A stretch of DNA of 60,908 bases from Thermoplasmatota archaeon (GTDB lineage Archaea; Thermoplasmatota; E2; UBA202; DSCA01): the NCBI GenBank assembly GCA_034660695.1, contig JAYEJS010000114.1, positions 8,144 through 69,051 on the forward strand. The letters are read 5' to 3'. A model generated the notes under the pieces. It made no database searches. It was not told where the DNA came from and saw only the letters and a list, made by a program, of their open reading frames with translations. Made by a program: the position numbers and the translations under genes. Of the stretch, positions 29,285 through 38,924 are shown one piece after another (position 1 is the stretch's first letter; each line of letters begins with the position of its first letter).

Positions 29285-30846
29285 TGAGTTATTTGGAGAT
29301 GGATTTCATAAGGACGGAGACGATACAAAAGAGAGCCTACCAGTCAAATATTTTTGAGGCCGTGAAGGATAGGAATTCCATGATCGTTTTGCCTACCGGC
29401 CTTGGAAAAACCATAATAGCCTTAATGGTCATTGCACATAAATTGAAAAAAGGAAAAATTCTTTTTCTTGCACCCACGAAGCCGTTGTGCGAGCAACATG
29501 CAAAATCCATAAAAAAATTCACCACCATCGAAAATGCCGTGCTTGTAACGGGAGAACTTTTTTCACCAGAAAAAAGAAAGGAGATATATAAGAATGCTGG
29601 GGTCATCGTGGCAACACCGCAGACGATAGAGAACGACCTCGACAGGGGAATGAACATAGGGGATTTCAGTCTTATTATATTCGATGAGGCACACAGAGCT
29701 GTTGGGAATTATGCGTATGTTGGTGTGGCAAGGCGTTATCTAAGGAGGCAAACACAAACACTCGGCATGACAGCATCCCCGGGAAGTGATTACAAAAAAC
29801 TGAAGGAAGTGGCCGAAAACCTAGGTATAGAGCACGTTGAGCTGAGAACAGAGGGTGATGAGGACGTCATACCCTATATCTCCAGAAGAAAGATGCAATG
29901 GGTTGTAACCGACATGCCCGACGATGTAAAAAGAGCAGCAAGAAAGATTGACTGCATGCTGGATAAATTTATCTCGGAATTAAAAAATTATACGAAACAG
30001 GCAAGATATCTGTCCTCAAAAAAATTGAGTAGGAAGGTTTTGATAGACATTCAGCGCAGGATGCAGAAAAATTTGAAAAGCAGGGGCGGGACGATGTACA
30101 CGGCAATAAGCATTGTATCAGCCGCCATAAAGCTTTCTCATTTAAGGGATATGCTTACAAGCCAGGGTGCGGAAGTAGCGGGAAAATATATAGAAAAAAT
30201 AGAAATCGACAGGTCAAAATCCGCAGCAAAAATAAGGAGCAACGAACTATACAGGCAGATAAGAAGAGATATTTTGAGTTCAAATGGAAAAAAGCCCAAG
30301 CTGGATATGACAAAAAAAATACTCGGGAATCATTTTGACAATAACAGGAACGGAAGGGTTATGATATTTGCTGAATACAGAGATACTATTGACTTTTTGA
30401 CTTCAGAACTTGAAAAAATGGATGGGATAAGGGCAAAAAAATTCATAGGGCAGGCAAAAGGGATGAGCCAGGAAGAACAGAAAAAAACGCTTCAGGATTT
30501 CAGTGACGGAAAATTCAATGTTTTAATTTCAACAAGTATAGGAGAAGAAGGAATAGACATACCCACCACAACCCTTGTTCTATTTTATGAGCCCGTGCCC
30601 TCGGCCATACGCTATATACAGCGGAGAGGAAGGACGGCTCGTGACGGCCTGCCAGGAAGTGTGATAATTTTGATAATGAAGGGGTCGAGGGATGAAGCAT
30701 ATTACTGGAGTAGCATCAATAAAGAAAAAAAGATGTACCAGCAAATATACAAACTGAAGAAAGAGCTAGAAGGGGCGGAGAAAAAAAAAGCCATGCACAA
30801 AATGGACAGGGAAGGACAGACGATGCTTGACAGCTTTGCTGTCTGA
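29284..30846 (+). CDS. hef: Hef/FANCM-family SF2 helicase lacking the C-terminal ERCC4 nuclease domain
   Basis: Motif I is PTGLGKT. Motif II is FDEAHRAVGNYAY. Helicase C is STSIGEEGIDIP...YIQRRGRTAR. The protein ends after the helicase domain at 520 aa. Confidence 0.75.
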   Translation: MSYLEMDFIRTETIQKRAYQSNIFEAVKDRNSMIVLPTGLGKTIIALMVIAHKLKKGKILFLAPTKPLCEQHAKSIKKFTTIENAVLVTGELFSPEKRKEIYKNAGVIVATPQTIENDLDRGMNIGDFSLIIFDEAHRAVGNYAYVGVARRYLRRQTQTLGMTASPGSDYKKLKEVAENLGIEHVELRTEGDEDVIPYISRRKMQWVVTDMPDDVKRAARKIDCMLDKFISELKNYTKQARYLSSKKLSRKVLIDIQRRMQKNLKSRGGTMYTAISIVSAAIKLSHLRDMLTSQGAEVAGKYIEKIEIDRSKSAAKIRSNELYRQIRRDILSSNGKKPKLDMTKKILGNHFDNNRNGRVMIFAEYRDTIDFLTSELEKMDGIRAKKFIGQAKGMSQEEQKKTLQDFSDGKFNVLISTSIGEEGIDIPTTTLVLFYEPVPSAIRYIQRRGRTARDGLPGSVIILIMKGSRDEAYYWSSINKEKKMYQQIYKLKKELEGAEKKKAMHKMDREGQTMLDSFAV

Positions 30847-30858
30847 ATACCTTGAATT

Positions 30859-31395
<537 letters not shown>

Positions 31396-31503
31396 TTATA
31401 GTTTTTTAACAGCCAGGGTATCGGTGTTCATGAGAAAACCCTGCCATCCGTTTATAAAGCGTCCTACGAGGGACATCGATGGTGGAATAACCCCCTGGAG
31501 GAT

Positions 31504-31974
31504 TTAAGGGAATGAATAGGATGCTTCAAATCGCTGTGAAAATTTTGTAAGGCCGTAGAGAACATCCCCTTCTACTTCTCCTTTCAACGTAAGAACGAAT
31601 TCACCCATACGTATCATATTTATAACAGCGTCCGTCAAATCTGCATAATATAAAGTGATGGTCATCTCCCTGATTCTGGTAGAATGAGCGGAAATGAAAA
31701 TTTCTGGGAAATGTCCGTCCCCGATATAATTGGCGGTGAGATACATATCAAATTTCACTGAAAGGCCGGAAATGTCTCTGCCAGCCGGGTTATGTATTTC
31801 CAACTTCAACTTTATTTTACAATAGGTTATGCCTATTTCAGAAATGCTGGCATCTGTAATTGTTACCTCACTGTCTCCAATAGCTGAAACATCTGCATAA
31901 TATTCATAGCCCGCAAAGCCAGAGATTGCAATGATTGCAATGATTGCCGCAATCTTAACCAATTTCTTCATCAA
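31504..31974 (-). CDS. Membrane-anchored LEA14/WHy (LEA_2)-like protein (tentative)
   Basis: An N-terminal TM anchor is followed by an all-beta domain of about 120 aa with alternating hydrophobic pattern. It starts 3 nt after the stop of the aconitase-family gene. Confidence 0.3.
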   Translation of the reverse strand: MMKKLVKIAAIIAIIAISGFAGYEYYADVSAIGDSEVTITDASISEIGITYCKIKLKLEIHNPAGRDISGLSVKFDMYLTANYIGDGHFPEIFISAHSTRIREMTITLYYADLTDAVINMIRMGEFVLTLKGEVEGDVLYGLTKFSQRFEASYSFP

Positions 31975-31977
31975 TGG

Positions 31978-33168
31978 CTATACCGCCTTTCTTGGGTCTG
32001 TAATCTCCCCTTTCAGAGCCGATGATGCCACAGTTGCCGGTGATGCAAGATATACTTTGGAATCACGGGAACCCATCCTCCCCCTGAAATTTCTATTGGT
32101 GGAGGCTATTGCTACTTCGCCGCCTGCAAGTATGCCTTCATGCGCCCCAAGACACGGACCGCATCCAGGGTTTAGCACTAAAGCCCCGGCCTCAACAAAC
32201 GTTTTCAATAAGCCTTCATTCAATGCATCCTTGTAAACTTCTATGGATGCAGGAAAAACGAGCATTCTCACACCATCTGCCACTTTCTTGCCTTCAAGGA
32301 TGCCTGCAGCGATCCGTAAATCCTCGAGCCTGCCATTTGTGCATGATCCGAGCACTGCCTGATCTATCGCTTTTCCCTCCACATCTTCAACATCCCTTAC
32401 GTTATCCACCGTATGGGGACATGCTACCTGTGGGGAAAGATCACTTATGTCAAATTCAAACTCCTTTTCATATGGCCCATCGTAGTTTTTTAAGGGAAAG
32501 ACGGCTGCTTTGGCCCCCATTTCCATGGACATGTTCGAAATTACGATTTTGCTGGCCAGACTCATGTTTTCTACAATGCCGTAAAATTCACATGCCTTGT
32601 AATTTGCCCCGTCCGACCCCAACTGTTTTATCACGTGGAGTATGATGTCTTTAGAAAAGACCATCTCCGGCATCTCTCCTTCAATAACCATTTTGTAGCT
32701 TTCAGGAACGCGAAGCCATATTTTTCCTGTTGCCCAAACGGCAGCCATCTCAGTTGCCCCTATACCCGTGGAAAATGCCCCCACGGCACCGTAAGACGTG
32801 GTGTGAGAATCCGTTCCAACTATCAACTTTTCAGGGGAGGCATACCCCTCTTCTATCATTACCTGGTGGCATATACCCCTGTTTATATCATAAAAATTTT
32901 TTATTCCCTGCTCTTTAACAAATTTTCTTATTGATTGATGGCCTTCCGCAGTTTTGATGGTATTTGCCGGAGCGCGATGGTCGAGTATGATAACTATTTT
33001 TTTATTATTCCACACTCTTTCCTTTCCAATTTCTTTGAATTTTTTTATGACAAGGGCAGCGTTATCGTGGGACATTGCATAATCGACCTTGGCATCTACA
33101 ATATCTCCTGGCTTTACTGTTTCTTCTCCAGAAGCCCTGGCAAGGACATCTTCGGCTACGGTTACCAT
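31978..33168 (-). CDS. Aconitase-family dehydratase large subunit (LeuC/HacA-like)
   Basis: Matching blocks are MSHDNA, GTDSHTTSYGAVGAFSTGIG, GSCTNGRLEDL and NPGCGPCLG...STNRNFRGRMG. No small-subunit gene is adjacent. Confidence 0.8.
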   Translation of the reverse strand: MVTVAEDVLARASGEETVKPGDIVDAKVDYAMSHDNAALVIKKFKEIGKERVWNNKKIVIILDHRAPANTIKTAEGHQSIRKFVKEQGIKNFYDINRGICHQVMIEEGYASPEKLIVGTDSHTTSYGAVGAFSTGIGATEMAAVWATGKIWLRVPESYKMVIEGEMPEMVFSKDIILHVIKQLGSDGANYKACEFYGIVENMSLASKIVISNMSMEMGAKAAVFPLKNYDGPYEKEFEFDISDLSPQVACPHTVDNVRDVEDVEGKAIDQAVLGSCTNGRLEDLRIAAGILEGKKVADGVRMLVFPASIEVYKDALNEGLLKTFVEAGALVLNPGCGPCLGAHEGILAGGEVAIASTNRNFRGRMGSRDSKVYLASPATVASSALKGEITDPRKAV

Positions 33169-34694
33169 CCCTTCACGCTCCTCACGGTATCCAGCACCGT
33201 GCCATCCCTGTATTCCACAACTGCAACTACATCTTTCCCTAGTTTTGGTTTTTTCGGTTTCCCGCGCATGTTAATGGCTTTTTTGTAAAGTTCTTCTATG
33301 TCCACAATAGGCATATTCACATTTTCAATCAAATCCTCCCTTTTCGGATTGATCGCAATGCCTCTTTCGGTAACGATAACATCGACAACATCCCCGGGCG
33401 TTGAAACCGTTGTAACTTTCTCCCTTATGACAGGTATTCTTCCTCTGAGGAGAGGAACAAGCACCACCGTAATGTCTGAGCCGGCTGAAGCATCCTGATG
33501 CCCCCCTATTCCATGCAACAGCAAACCATCTGAATGAGTGTTAACATTTACATTGAAATCAAGGTCAACTTCTGTTGCCCCCAAAAAACATGCATCCTGT
33601 CTGTTGACAATACACCCGCATGTATGTGGGTCGCCAAATGTTACGTGGGAAACTTCAACATGGTCAATATTTTTTCTCATTGATTCGACCGCCCTTAAAT
33701 CAAAACTCTGGGCATCCAGAATTTTTTTAATTGTCCCGTCCTCCAGCATATCCACGACAAAGCCGGTTATTCCCCCCATAACAAAATCACCAACAATTCC
33801 TTTTTCTTTCATGTATTCATGTAGAAACTTGGTGACCGCAAGGCTCGTGCCGCCCGCGCCCGCCTGGAATGAAAAGCCGTCTTTCAATACGCCTGCCTCA
33901 GCAAAGAACTTAACCAGATTTTTTGCCATCATAAGGCGGGAAGGACTTCTCGTAATCTGCATCGTGCCCGTTTTTATACCGCCTGGATCACCGATTGAAT
34001 CCACTTTTACCACATAATCTACCAGAGTTTGGGAAATCGAGACGGGCGTTACGGGATACGGACGAAGATTGTCTGTTACAACAACAACGTTGTCGGCATG
34101 TATGGCATCTGCAACGCCAAACCCCAACGCTCCAAAAGCAGAATGACCAAATGAGCCATTACAATTTCCGTAATCGTCAGCCGTCGATGCCGCAATGAAA
34201 GCAGTATCTATATGCAAATCGCCGGATGCAACTGCTCTTGCCCTTCCCCCGTGCGAGCGAATCGTAACGGGCTCTTTCAATTTCCCCCCTTCGGAAACGA
34301 ATGCACCGACAGGGCCGTTCAGGCTTCCGTGTATGGCTGTAACAACCCCATTTTTTATATGCTCTATTATGGGCTCATGAACAGGAAAGAGGGCGGTGGG
34401 CGCCAGCGTAATATCTTTTATTCCCATTTTCGCAATCTCGTCAACCACCATATTTACAAGCCCTTCTCCATTGCGCAAGTGGTGGTGAAAAGAGATAGTT
34501 GAACCGTTCTCGATGCCCGTCTTTTTTATTGCCTCCTTTATTGAGCCCAGCACTTTCTTTTCATCAGGAAACACTGCTTTTAGAGGAGGAGGATATCTCC
34601 TTTTTTTCGGCTTAAATGAAAAAGGCCCATTGTATGGTTGCAGCTTTCTTCCAGCAATTTCATCTGGAATTTCCCTTCCAACAGCATTCTTCAT
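33162..34694 (-). CDS. citF: Citrate lyase alpha subunit / citrate CoA-transferase family protein
   Basis: The 510-aa protein has CitF-like blocks (ISFHHHLRNGE, QAGAGGTSLAV, GGITG, GGHQD). It overlaps the downstream dehydratase gene by 7 nt. Confidence 0.7.
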   Translation of the reverse strand: MKNAVGREIPDEIAGRKLQPYNGPFSFKPKKRRYPPPLKAVFPDEKKVLGSIKEAIKKTGIENGSTISFHHHLRNGEGLVNMVVDEIAKMGIKDITLAPTALFPVHEPIIEHIKNGVVTAIHGSLNGPVGAFVSEGGKLKEPVTIRSHGGRARAVASGDLHIDTAFIAASTADDYGNCNGSFGHSAFGALGFGVADAIHADNVVVVTDNLRPYPVTPVSISQTLVDYVVKVDSIGDPGGIKTGTMQITRSPSRLMMAKNLVKFFAEAGVLKDGFSFQAGAGGTSLAVTKFLHEYMKEKGIVGDFVMGGITGFVVDMLEDGTIKKILDAQSFDLRAVESMRKNIDHVEVSHVTFGDPHTCGCIVNRQDACFLGATEVDLDFNVNVNTHSDGLLLHGIGGHQDASAGSDITVVLVPLLRGRIPVIREKVTTVSTPGDVVDVIVTERGIAINPKREDLIENVNMPIVDIEELYKKAINMRGKPKKPKLGKDVVAVVEYRDGTVLDTVRSVKGW

Positions 34695-34892
34695 GATGTG
34701 TTATGTAATGCCCATACGATTTAAAGATATTTTGTTGACTTTTCGCAATTCTTCCAGGTAGGGCAAAGTGAAATATATACTTTGGATTTAAGCCTGAAGC
34801 AAGGAAGGAAAACAGGAATAAAGTCAACTCCCAGCTTTATCTTTATGCATCTGGCTTATTGTTCAGAACTTCTATGTCCTTGGAAAGAAAGT

Positions 34893-34940
34893 ATGAGATG
34901 TACCTGGTTTGACGACCAAGTTTATTATGAATTTAGCCCC
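34893..34940 (+). repeat. 48-bp direct repeat, copy 1, flanking the first HEPN/MNT cassette
   Basis: atgagatgtacctggtttgacgaccaagtttattatgaatttagcccc matches 35709-35756 at 44 of 48 positions by manual alignment. Confidence 0.85.
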
Positions 34941-34992
34941 ACTGATACCAAGACTTATGAAAGCTCAATAACCTGGCGGAGAGGCATGATTC

Positions 34993-35346
34993 TTATCGTT
35001 TTTCCTCTTTCCTCAAACCTTTCAGCATTGTCTTAATCATGCTCCTAGTTTCTGGTAGATTCTCAGTTATGATTTTCCAGATGATGCTCAAGTCCACTCC
35101 AAAGTATTCATGAATTGTGATATTGCGTAACCCAATCATTCTTTTCCAAGGAATATCGGGATATTTTTCTTTGGCATCATCCGGGATGTTTTTTGCTGCC
35201 TCACCAATGATTTCTAGGTTTCTAATAACCGCATCTATAACCATCTCATTTCCTACAAATGTCTCGTAAGTCGAACCTTCGATATAACGCCCGATTTTAT
35301 CCATTGCTTCTAGTATGTCCTCGATAAATATTGAGTTCCGCCTCAC
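34993..35346 (-). CDS. hepT: HEPN (DUF86) toxin HepT
   Basis: R-x4-H motif in GLRNITIHEYFGV. The gene has a 4-nt overlap with the upstream MNT gene. Confidence 0.85.
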   Translation of the reverse strand: MRRNSIFIEDILEAMDKIGRYIEGSTYETFVGNEMVIDAVIRNLEIIGEAAKNIPDDAKEKYPDIPWKRMIGLRNITIHEYFGVDLSIIWKIITENLPETRSMIKTMLKGLRKEEKR

Positions 35347-35633
35347 ATGTACACAACCTCTTCCAGGATCTTATCTTTCAACTGGGGTTTCAAAGCTTTT
35401 ACTGTGACCAAATCCACCTTTTTGCCTAAAATTTTTTCCAAGAATTCTTTGAGATCAATAAATTCCCACCCTATCTGTTCATAAAATTCCACGAGGATAT
35501 CTATATCACTTTCCTCTGATTCCTCTCCCCGTATATAGGAACCAAAAACACCAATTTTTTTCACCTTAAACTTTTTCCTAAGAAAGGCCTTATGTTTCTT
35601 TAATATTTCTTCTATCTCTTTTTGTTTTTCCAT
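35343..35633 (-). CDS. mntA: Minimal nucleotidyltransferase antitoxin MntA
   Basis: The motif GVFGSYIRGEESEESDIDILVEF fits GSxxRG...SDxD. Confidence 0.85.
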   Translation of the reverse strand: MEKQKEIEEILKKHKAFLRKKFKVKKIGVFGSYIRGEESEESDIDILVEFYEQIGWEFIDLKEFLEKILGKKVDLVTVKALKPQLKDKILEEVVYM

Positions 35634-35708
35634 CTACTTGTATATACATATCTCAATTAAATTTTTTGATTTTTTGTTCACCTTTTAGAATTCTCATTTT
35701 CTCAAGAG

Positions 35709-35756
35709 ATGAGATATGCCTGGTTTGACAACCAAGTTTATTATGAATTTAGCCCT
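35709..35756 (+). repeat. 48-bp direct repeat, copy 2
   Basis: atgagatatgcctggtttgacaaccaagtttattatgaatttagccct. See 34893-34940 for the partner copy. Confidence 0.85.
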
Positions 35757-35950
35757 GCTTGTGCTGAAGTCGAAATGAAGAAAAGATATGCCCCGAATTC
35801 TGGATCCAAAGTAGGTCTCAAATTCTGGATGGATGTTGAAGAGTCATCATGCTGTGAGCTTTGTTTTTGGTTTGTACAATCCAATTTGATGAAAATTCGT
35901 TCGCCAAAAACTTTAAGGCGTAAATTGCATTATAATCTTGGAGGCAAAAA

Positions 35951-37378
35951 ATGAAGAATGCAATATGGAAAAAAGGATTGGTTGTTGGAATAATACTACT
36001 TATTATAGGGGTTAGCTTCTCAACGTCAAAGCAAATCATAGCCTTACAACCAGAAATTGTAGTAGGGCCATATACTCAAAATGTTACTAATGATAGCATA
36101 ACAATAGCGTGGGAAACAAACATTCCTGCCACTAATAATAGTGTGGAGTATGGTGAAAACACAGATTATGGGTGTATTGAATATGGGCCGTCTGGTGGTC
36201 GCCATCACGAAATAACGATATATCCTCCTTTTACATCTGGGCATTACAAAGTGGTATCGGATGGTATAGAAAGCAATGATTTTGAATTTAAACTGGCTGG
36301 TCATTGTTATAGCACTCAAGAATTTAAGTGCGTGATATTCGGTGATAGCAGAGGAGTATGGGATCGCTGGAGGCACGCAACTGAAGTAGCAAATGCGGTT
36401 AATGCCGAACACCCAGACTTTGTTATACATGGAGGTGATATGGTGAATGATGGAAGAGTTCAAACCCAATGGGATAGCTGGCTTGGGTTAATGAAATCAT
36501 TAATGCAGAACTCGACTGTCTTTGGCATACTGGGCAATCATGAATACAACGGCAGTCGATACTATGAAATTTTTGCCCTTCCAAATAATGAAATGTGGTA
36601 TAGTTTTGATTATGGACCGTGCCATTTTACAATATTGGACAATTATGAATCATGGGATGTTGGTTCACCTCAATATGAGTGGCTGAAAGATGACTTGTCT
36701 TCAAGCATGGCTCCTTTCAAGATTGTTTGCTTCCACGAGCCCATATATTGTAGTGGAGGTCACGAACCTAGGACTGATGTGAGAGCAGCGTGGGAGTCTT
36801 TATTCAACAACTATAACGTTGACCTGGTCTTTCAATCACATAATCACTATTACCAGCGTACTGACCCTATAAAGGGAATAACCTATATCGTTAGTGGAGG
36901 GGCTGGAGCACCATTATATACTCCAGAAGATGCATGGTTTATGAATAATAGCAAGAAAGCATATCATTACTGCGTTTTAGATGTTTCATTAGTGGAGATG
37001 CGAATGACATGCTCAGCTAGGTATACTAATGGAATTGCGTTTGATGAATTTGTTGTTTGTCCGCCTACTACACCGAGCGTGAAAATTATAAAACCAGAAA
37101 AAGCTCTCTACATTTTTAATAAAAAGATAATGCCTTTGTCTTCTACTTTGATAATCGGAAAAATAGACATAGAAGTCTTTGCAACAGATTATAAATCAGG
37201 TATAGATCGTGTGGAGTTTTATATCGATGGCGGATATAAAGGGAACGATACCTCTCTTCCTTATGAATGGACTTGGGATGAAACCATTTTTGGTAAACAC
37301 ACTATAAATGCTATTGCTTATGATAACTCTGGTAACACTGCAAGCGATGAGCAAGAGGTCTGGATATTCAACCTCTAA
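35951..37378 (+). CDS. Secreted purple-acid-phosphatase-like metallophosphoesterase with the shared C-terminal module
   Basis: The N-terminal anchor is followed by an FN3-like domain (ITIAWETN). Metallophosphoesterase motifs are GDSRG, GGDMVNDG, GNHEY, FHEPIY and SHNHYYQR. The C-terminal 101 aa (37073-37378) form the shared module. Confidence 0.8.
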   Translation: MKNAIWKKGLVVGIILLIIGVSFSTSKQIIALQPEIVVGPYTQNVTNDSITIAWETNIPATNNSVEYGENTDYGCIEYGPSGGRHHEITIYPPFTSGHYKVVSDGIESNDFEFKLAGHCYSTQEFKCVIFGDSRGVWDRWRHATEVANAVNAEHPDFVIHGGDMVNDGRVQTQWDSWLGLMKSLMQNSTVFGILGNHEYNGSRYYEIFALPNNEMWYSFDYGPCHFTILDNYESWDVGSPQYEWLKDDLSSSMAPFKIVCFHEPIYCSGGHEPRTDVRAAWESLFNNYNVDLVFQSHNHYYQRTDPIKGITYIVSGGAGAPLYTPEDAWFMNNSKKAYHYCVLDVSLVEMRMTCSARYTNGIAFDEFVVCPPTTPSVKIIKPEKALYIFNKKIMPLSSTLIIGKIDIEVFATDYKSGIDRVEFYIDGGYKGNDTSLPYEWTWDETIFGKHTINAIAYDNSGNTASDEQEVWIFNL

Positions 37379-37507
37379 CCCCTTTTTCTTTTAAATTCTT
37401 TAGCCTGCTGTTCCTAGATGTATGATGTGATACTTTTTACCTTCCTGCAACAGAGCTGAGAGGTATCACAATAGAATAAAACTTCTCCTGAAGAACCATA
37501 TGGAATG

Positions 37508-37741
37508 TCAAGTATGCACTCCAGAATTTACTGCATCTCCTATTTTGTCGATGAGATCTATCCATTTCAGAAAGGAATTGAGGGCAGCCCTTAAATTTGC
37601 AGCATTTTTCGATGATATTTTTATCTCCAGGGCTTTTCCATTGCATATATCAACGTTTGCACGGGGTGCAGTCTCCAGTTTTATTACATTGTATATTATA
37701 TCGTTTCTTTGACTCTCTATTGTTATAATCGCACGGTGCAT
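37508..37741 (-). CDS. pcc1: KEOPS complex subunit Pcc1
   Basis: The 77-aa protein ends in ...NAANLRAALNSFLKWIDLI, which is Pcc1-like. Its position at the end of the exosome superoperon next to rpoP supports the call. Confidence 0.6.
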   Translation of the reverse strand: MHRAIITIESQRNDIIYNVIKLETAPRANVDICNGKALEIKISSKNAANLRAALNSFLKWIDLIDKIGDAVNSGVHT

Positions 37742-37882
37742 TTACCTTGCCTTTATTTTTTTGGCCACCGTGCCCCGTTCCTTATAAAATAGTTTACCCC
37801 CACAAATGGGGCACTTTATGCCCATTTTCTCAGGGTCTATATCAATAGTTCTGCCGCATCTGCCGCATTTATATGATGCCAT
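37742..37882 (-). CDS. rpoP: DNA-directed RNA polymerase subunit P (Rpo12)
   Basis: This 46-aa ORF is below the ORF-track cutoff: MASYKCGRCGRTIDIDPEKMGIKCPICGGKLFYKERGTVAKKIKAR. It has a CxxC-x14-CxxC zinc ribbon. The start overlaps the rpl37ae stop (TAATG), and the stop abuts the pcc1 ATG. Confidence 0.8.
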   Translation of the reverse strand: MASYKCGRCGRTIDIDPEKMGIKCPICGGKLFYKERGTVAKKIKAR

Positions 37883-38154
37883 TATTCCCCTCCAACTATC
37901 CCCTTAATAATTTTTTTAACCTCCGTTCCTGCATCTGTCTGGGGTATGTAAGCCCCTCCAGCAAATTTTGCGCCGCATTTACCGCACACCCATATGGCCG
38001 TGCTCTCCCTTTTCAATTTAAAGTGGCCGCAGTTGGGGCATTTATGATATTTTCTCTGTTTCTCCTCTATTTTCCTGTGCTTATTTTTGGCCTTAACGCC
38101 ATATCTTGCACCGAATTTTCCAGTAACTCCTGTCTTTTTCGTTCTTTTTGCCAT
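37882..38154 (-). CDS. rpl37ae: 50S ribosomal protein L37Ae (eL43)
   Basis: The sequence GKFGARYG...CPNCGHFKLKRESTAIWVCGKCGAKFAGGAY shows the characteristic zinc ribbon. Confidence 0.9.
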   Translation of the reverse strand: MAKRTKKTGVTGKFGARYGVKAKNKHRKIEEKQRKYHKCPNCGHFKLKRESTAIWVCGKCGAKFAGGAYIPQTDAGTEVKKIIKGIVGGE

Positions 38155-38155
38155 T

Positions 38156-38923
38156 CTAACCCTCCAATATTTTTCGTATATCCTTTGACAGCACCCTGGC
38201 GGTATTTATATTATTTTTTATTTCTTTAACGGTAAAACTCCCGCTCAGGCCCTTCTGCATGGCGCGTATATCCCCCTTTTTATCAATTGCAACAGTATAT
38301 CTTGCTTCTGCCACCTCCTCTTCATCCAGTGAAGGGTCCACCACTATTACCCCATTATATTTAACAAATGTGCAGCTTATCGGCGGGTCAGAGAGAGGCA
38401 TTGGAACATTCTCGCCCATCTCAAATCTTTCGTTGGGAATTACGGTATTCAGGAGTGCAGTAGAGGCAGCAAGTGAACATGCATCGAATAAATTGCCGTC
38501 ATAATCCAGGACATGTATATCAATAAAAACGATCCATACTTTCTCTCCAGGCTCTATACAGAGTTTTTCAAGTTGTATGAGCTTTGATTCCCTTACGCCC
38601 CTATCAACAACACGTGAAAGTTCGATGGCATTGGCTCTGGGTGGCCCGGACTCAAAATCTGGAGATGCCAGGGGGATTAATTCAACGGCAGTGCTCATTG
38701 CACCTTCCCCGGGTGTGTCAGGATATGGCTCCCCCACATCCATTTTTATTCCGGCAAGGACGGTCGTATTCCCTATCTTAACTTTTGCTGAGCCTTCGGC
38801 CATGTTTATCAGCCCCCTCTCGATTTCTATGGGGCGGTATTCATCGAAAGCCCGTCCATCTGGCCTTTTACCTTCTTTTGCCAGTCGATAAAGATAATCT
38901 TTCTTTACAGATGAAATTCCCAT
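38156..38923 (-). CDS. rrp42: Exosome complex component Rrp42
   Basis: RNase PH-like fold with RPDGRAFDEYRPIEIE. It sits downstream of rrp41. Confidence 0.85.
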   Translation of the reverse strand: MGISSVKKDYLYRLAKEGKRPDGRAFDEYRPIEIERGLINMAEGSAKVKIGNTTVLAGIKMDVGEPYPDTPGEGAMSTAVELIPLASPDFESGPPRANAIELSRVVDRGVRESKLIQLEKLCIEPGEKVWIVFIDIHVLDYDGNLFDACSLAASTALLNTVIPNERFEMGENVPMPLSDPPISCTFVKYNGVIVVDPSLDEEEVAEARYTVAIDKKGDIRAMQKGLSGSFTVKEIKNNINTARVLSKDIRKILEG

Positions 38924-38924
38924 T

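Noticed and set aside
37424-37490. Possible C/D-box sRNA (atgatgt ... ctga) between the phosphoesterase gene and pcc1
   Set aside because: The C box is imperfect. The 8-bp stem tgtgatac/gtatcaca lies inside rather than outside the boxes. It is more likely a hairpin between convergent genes.
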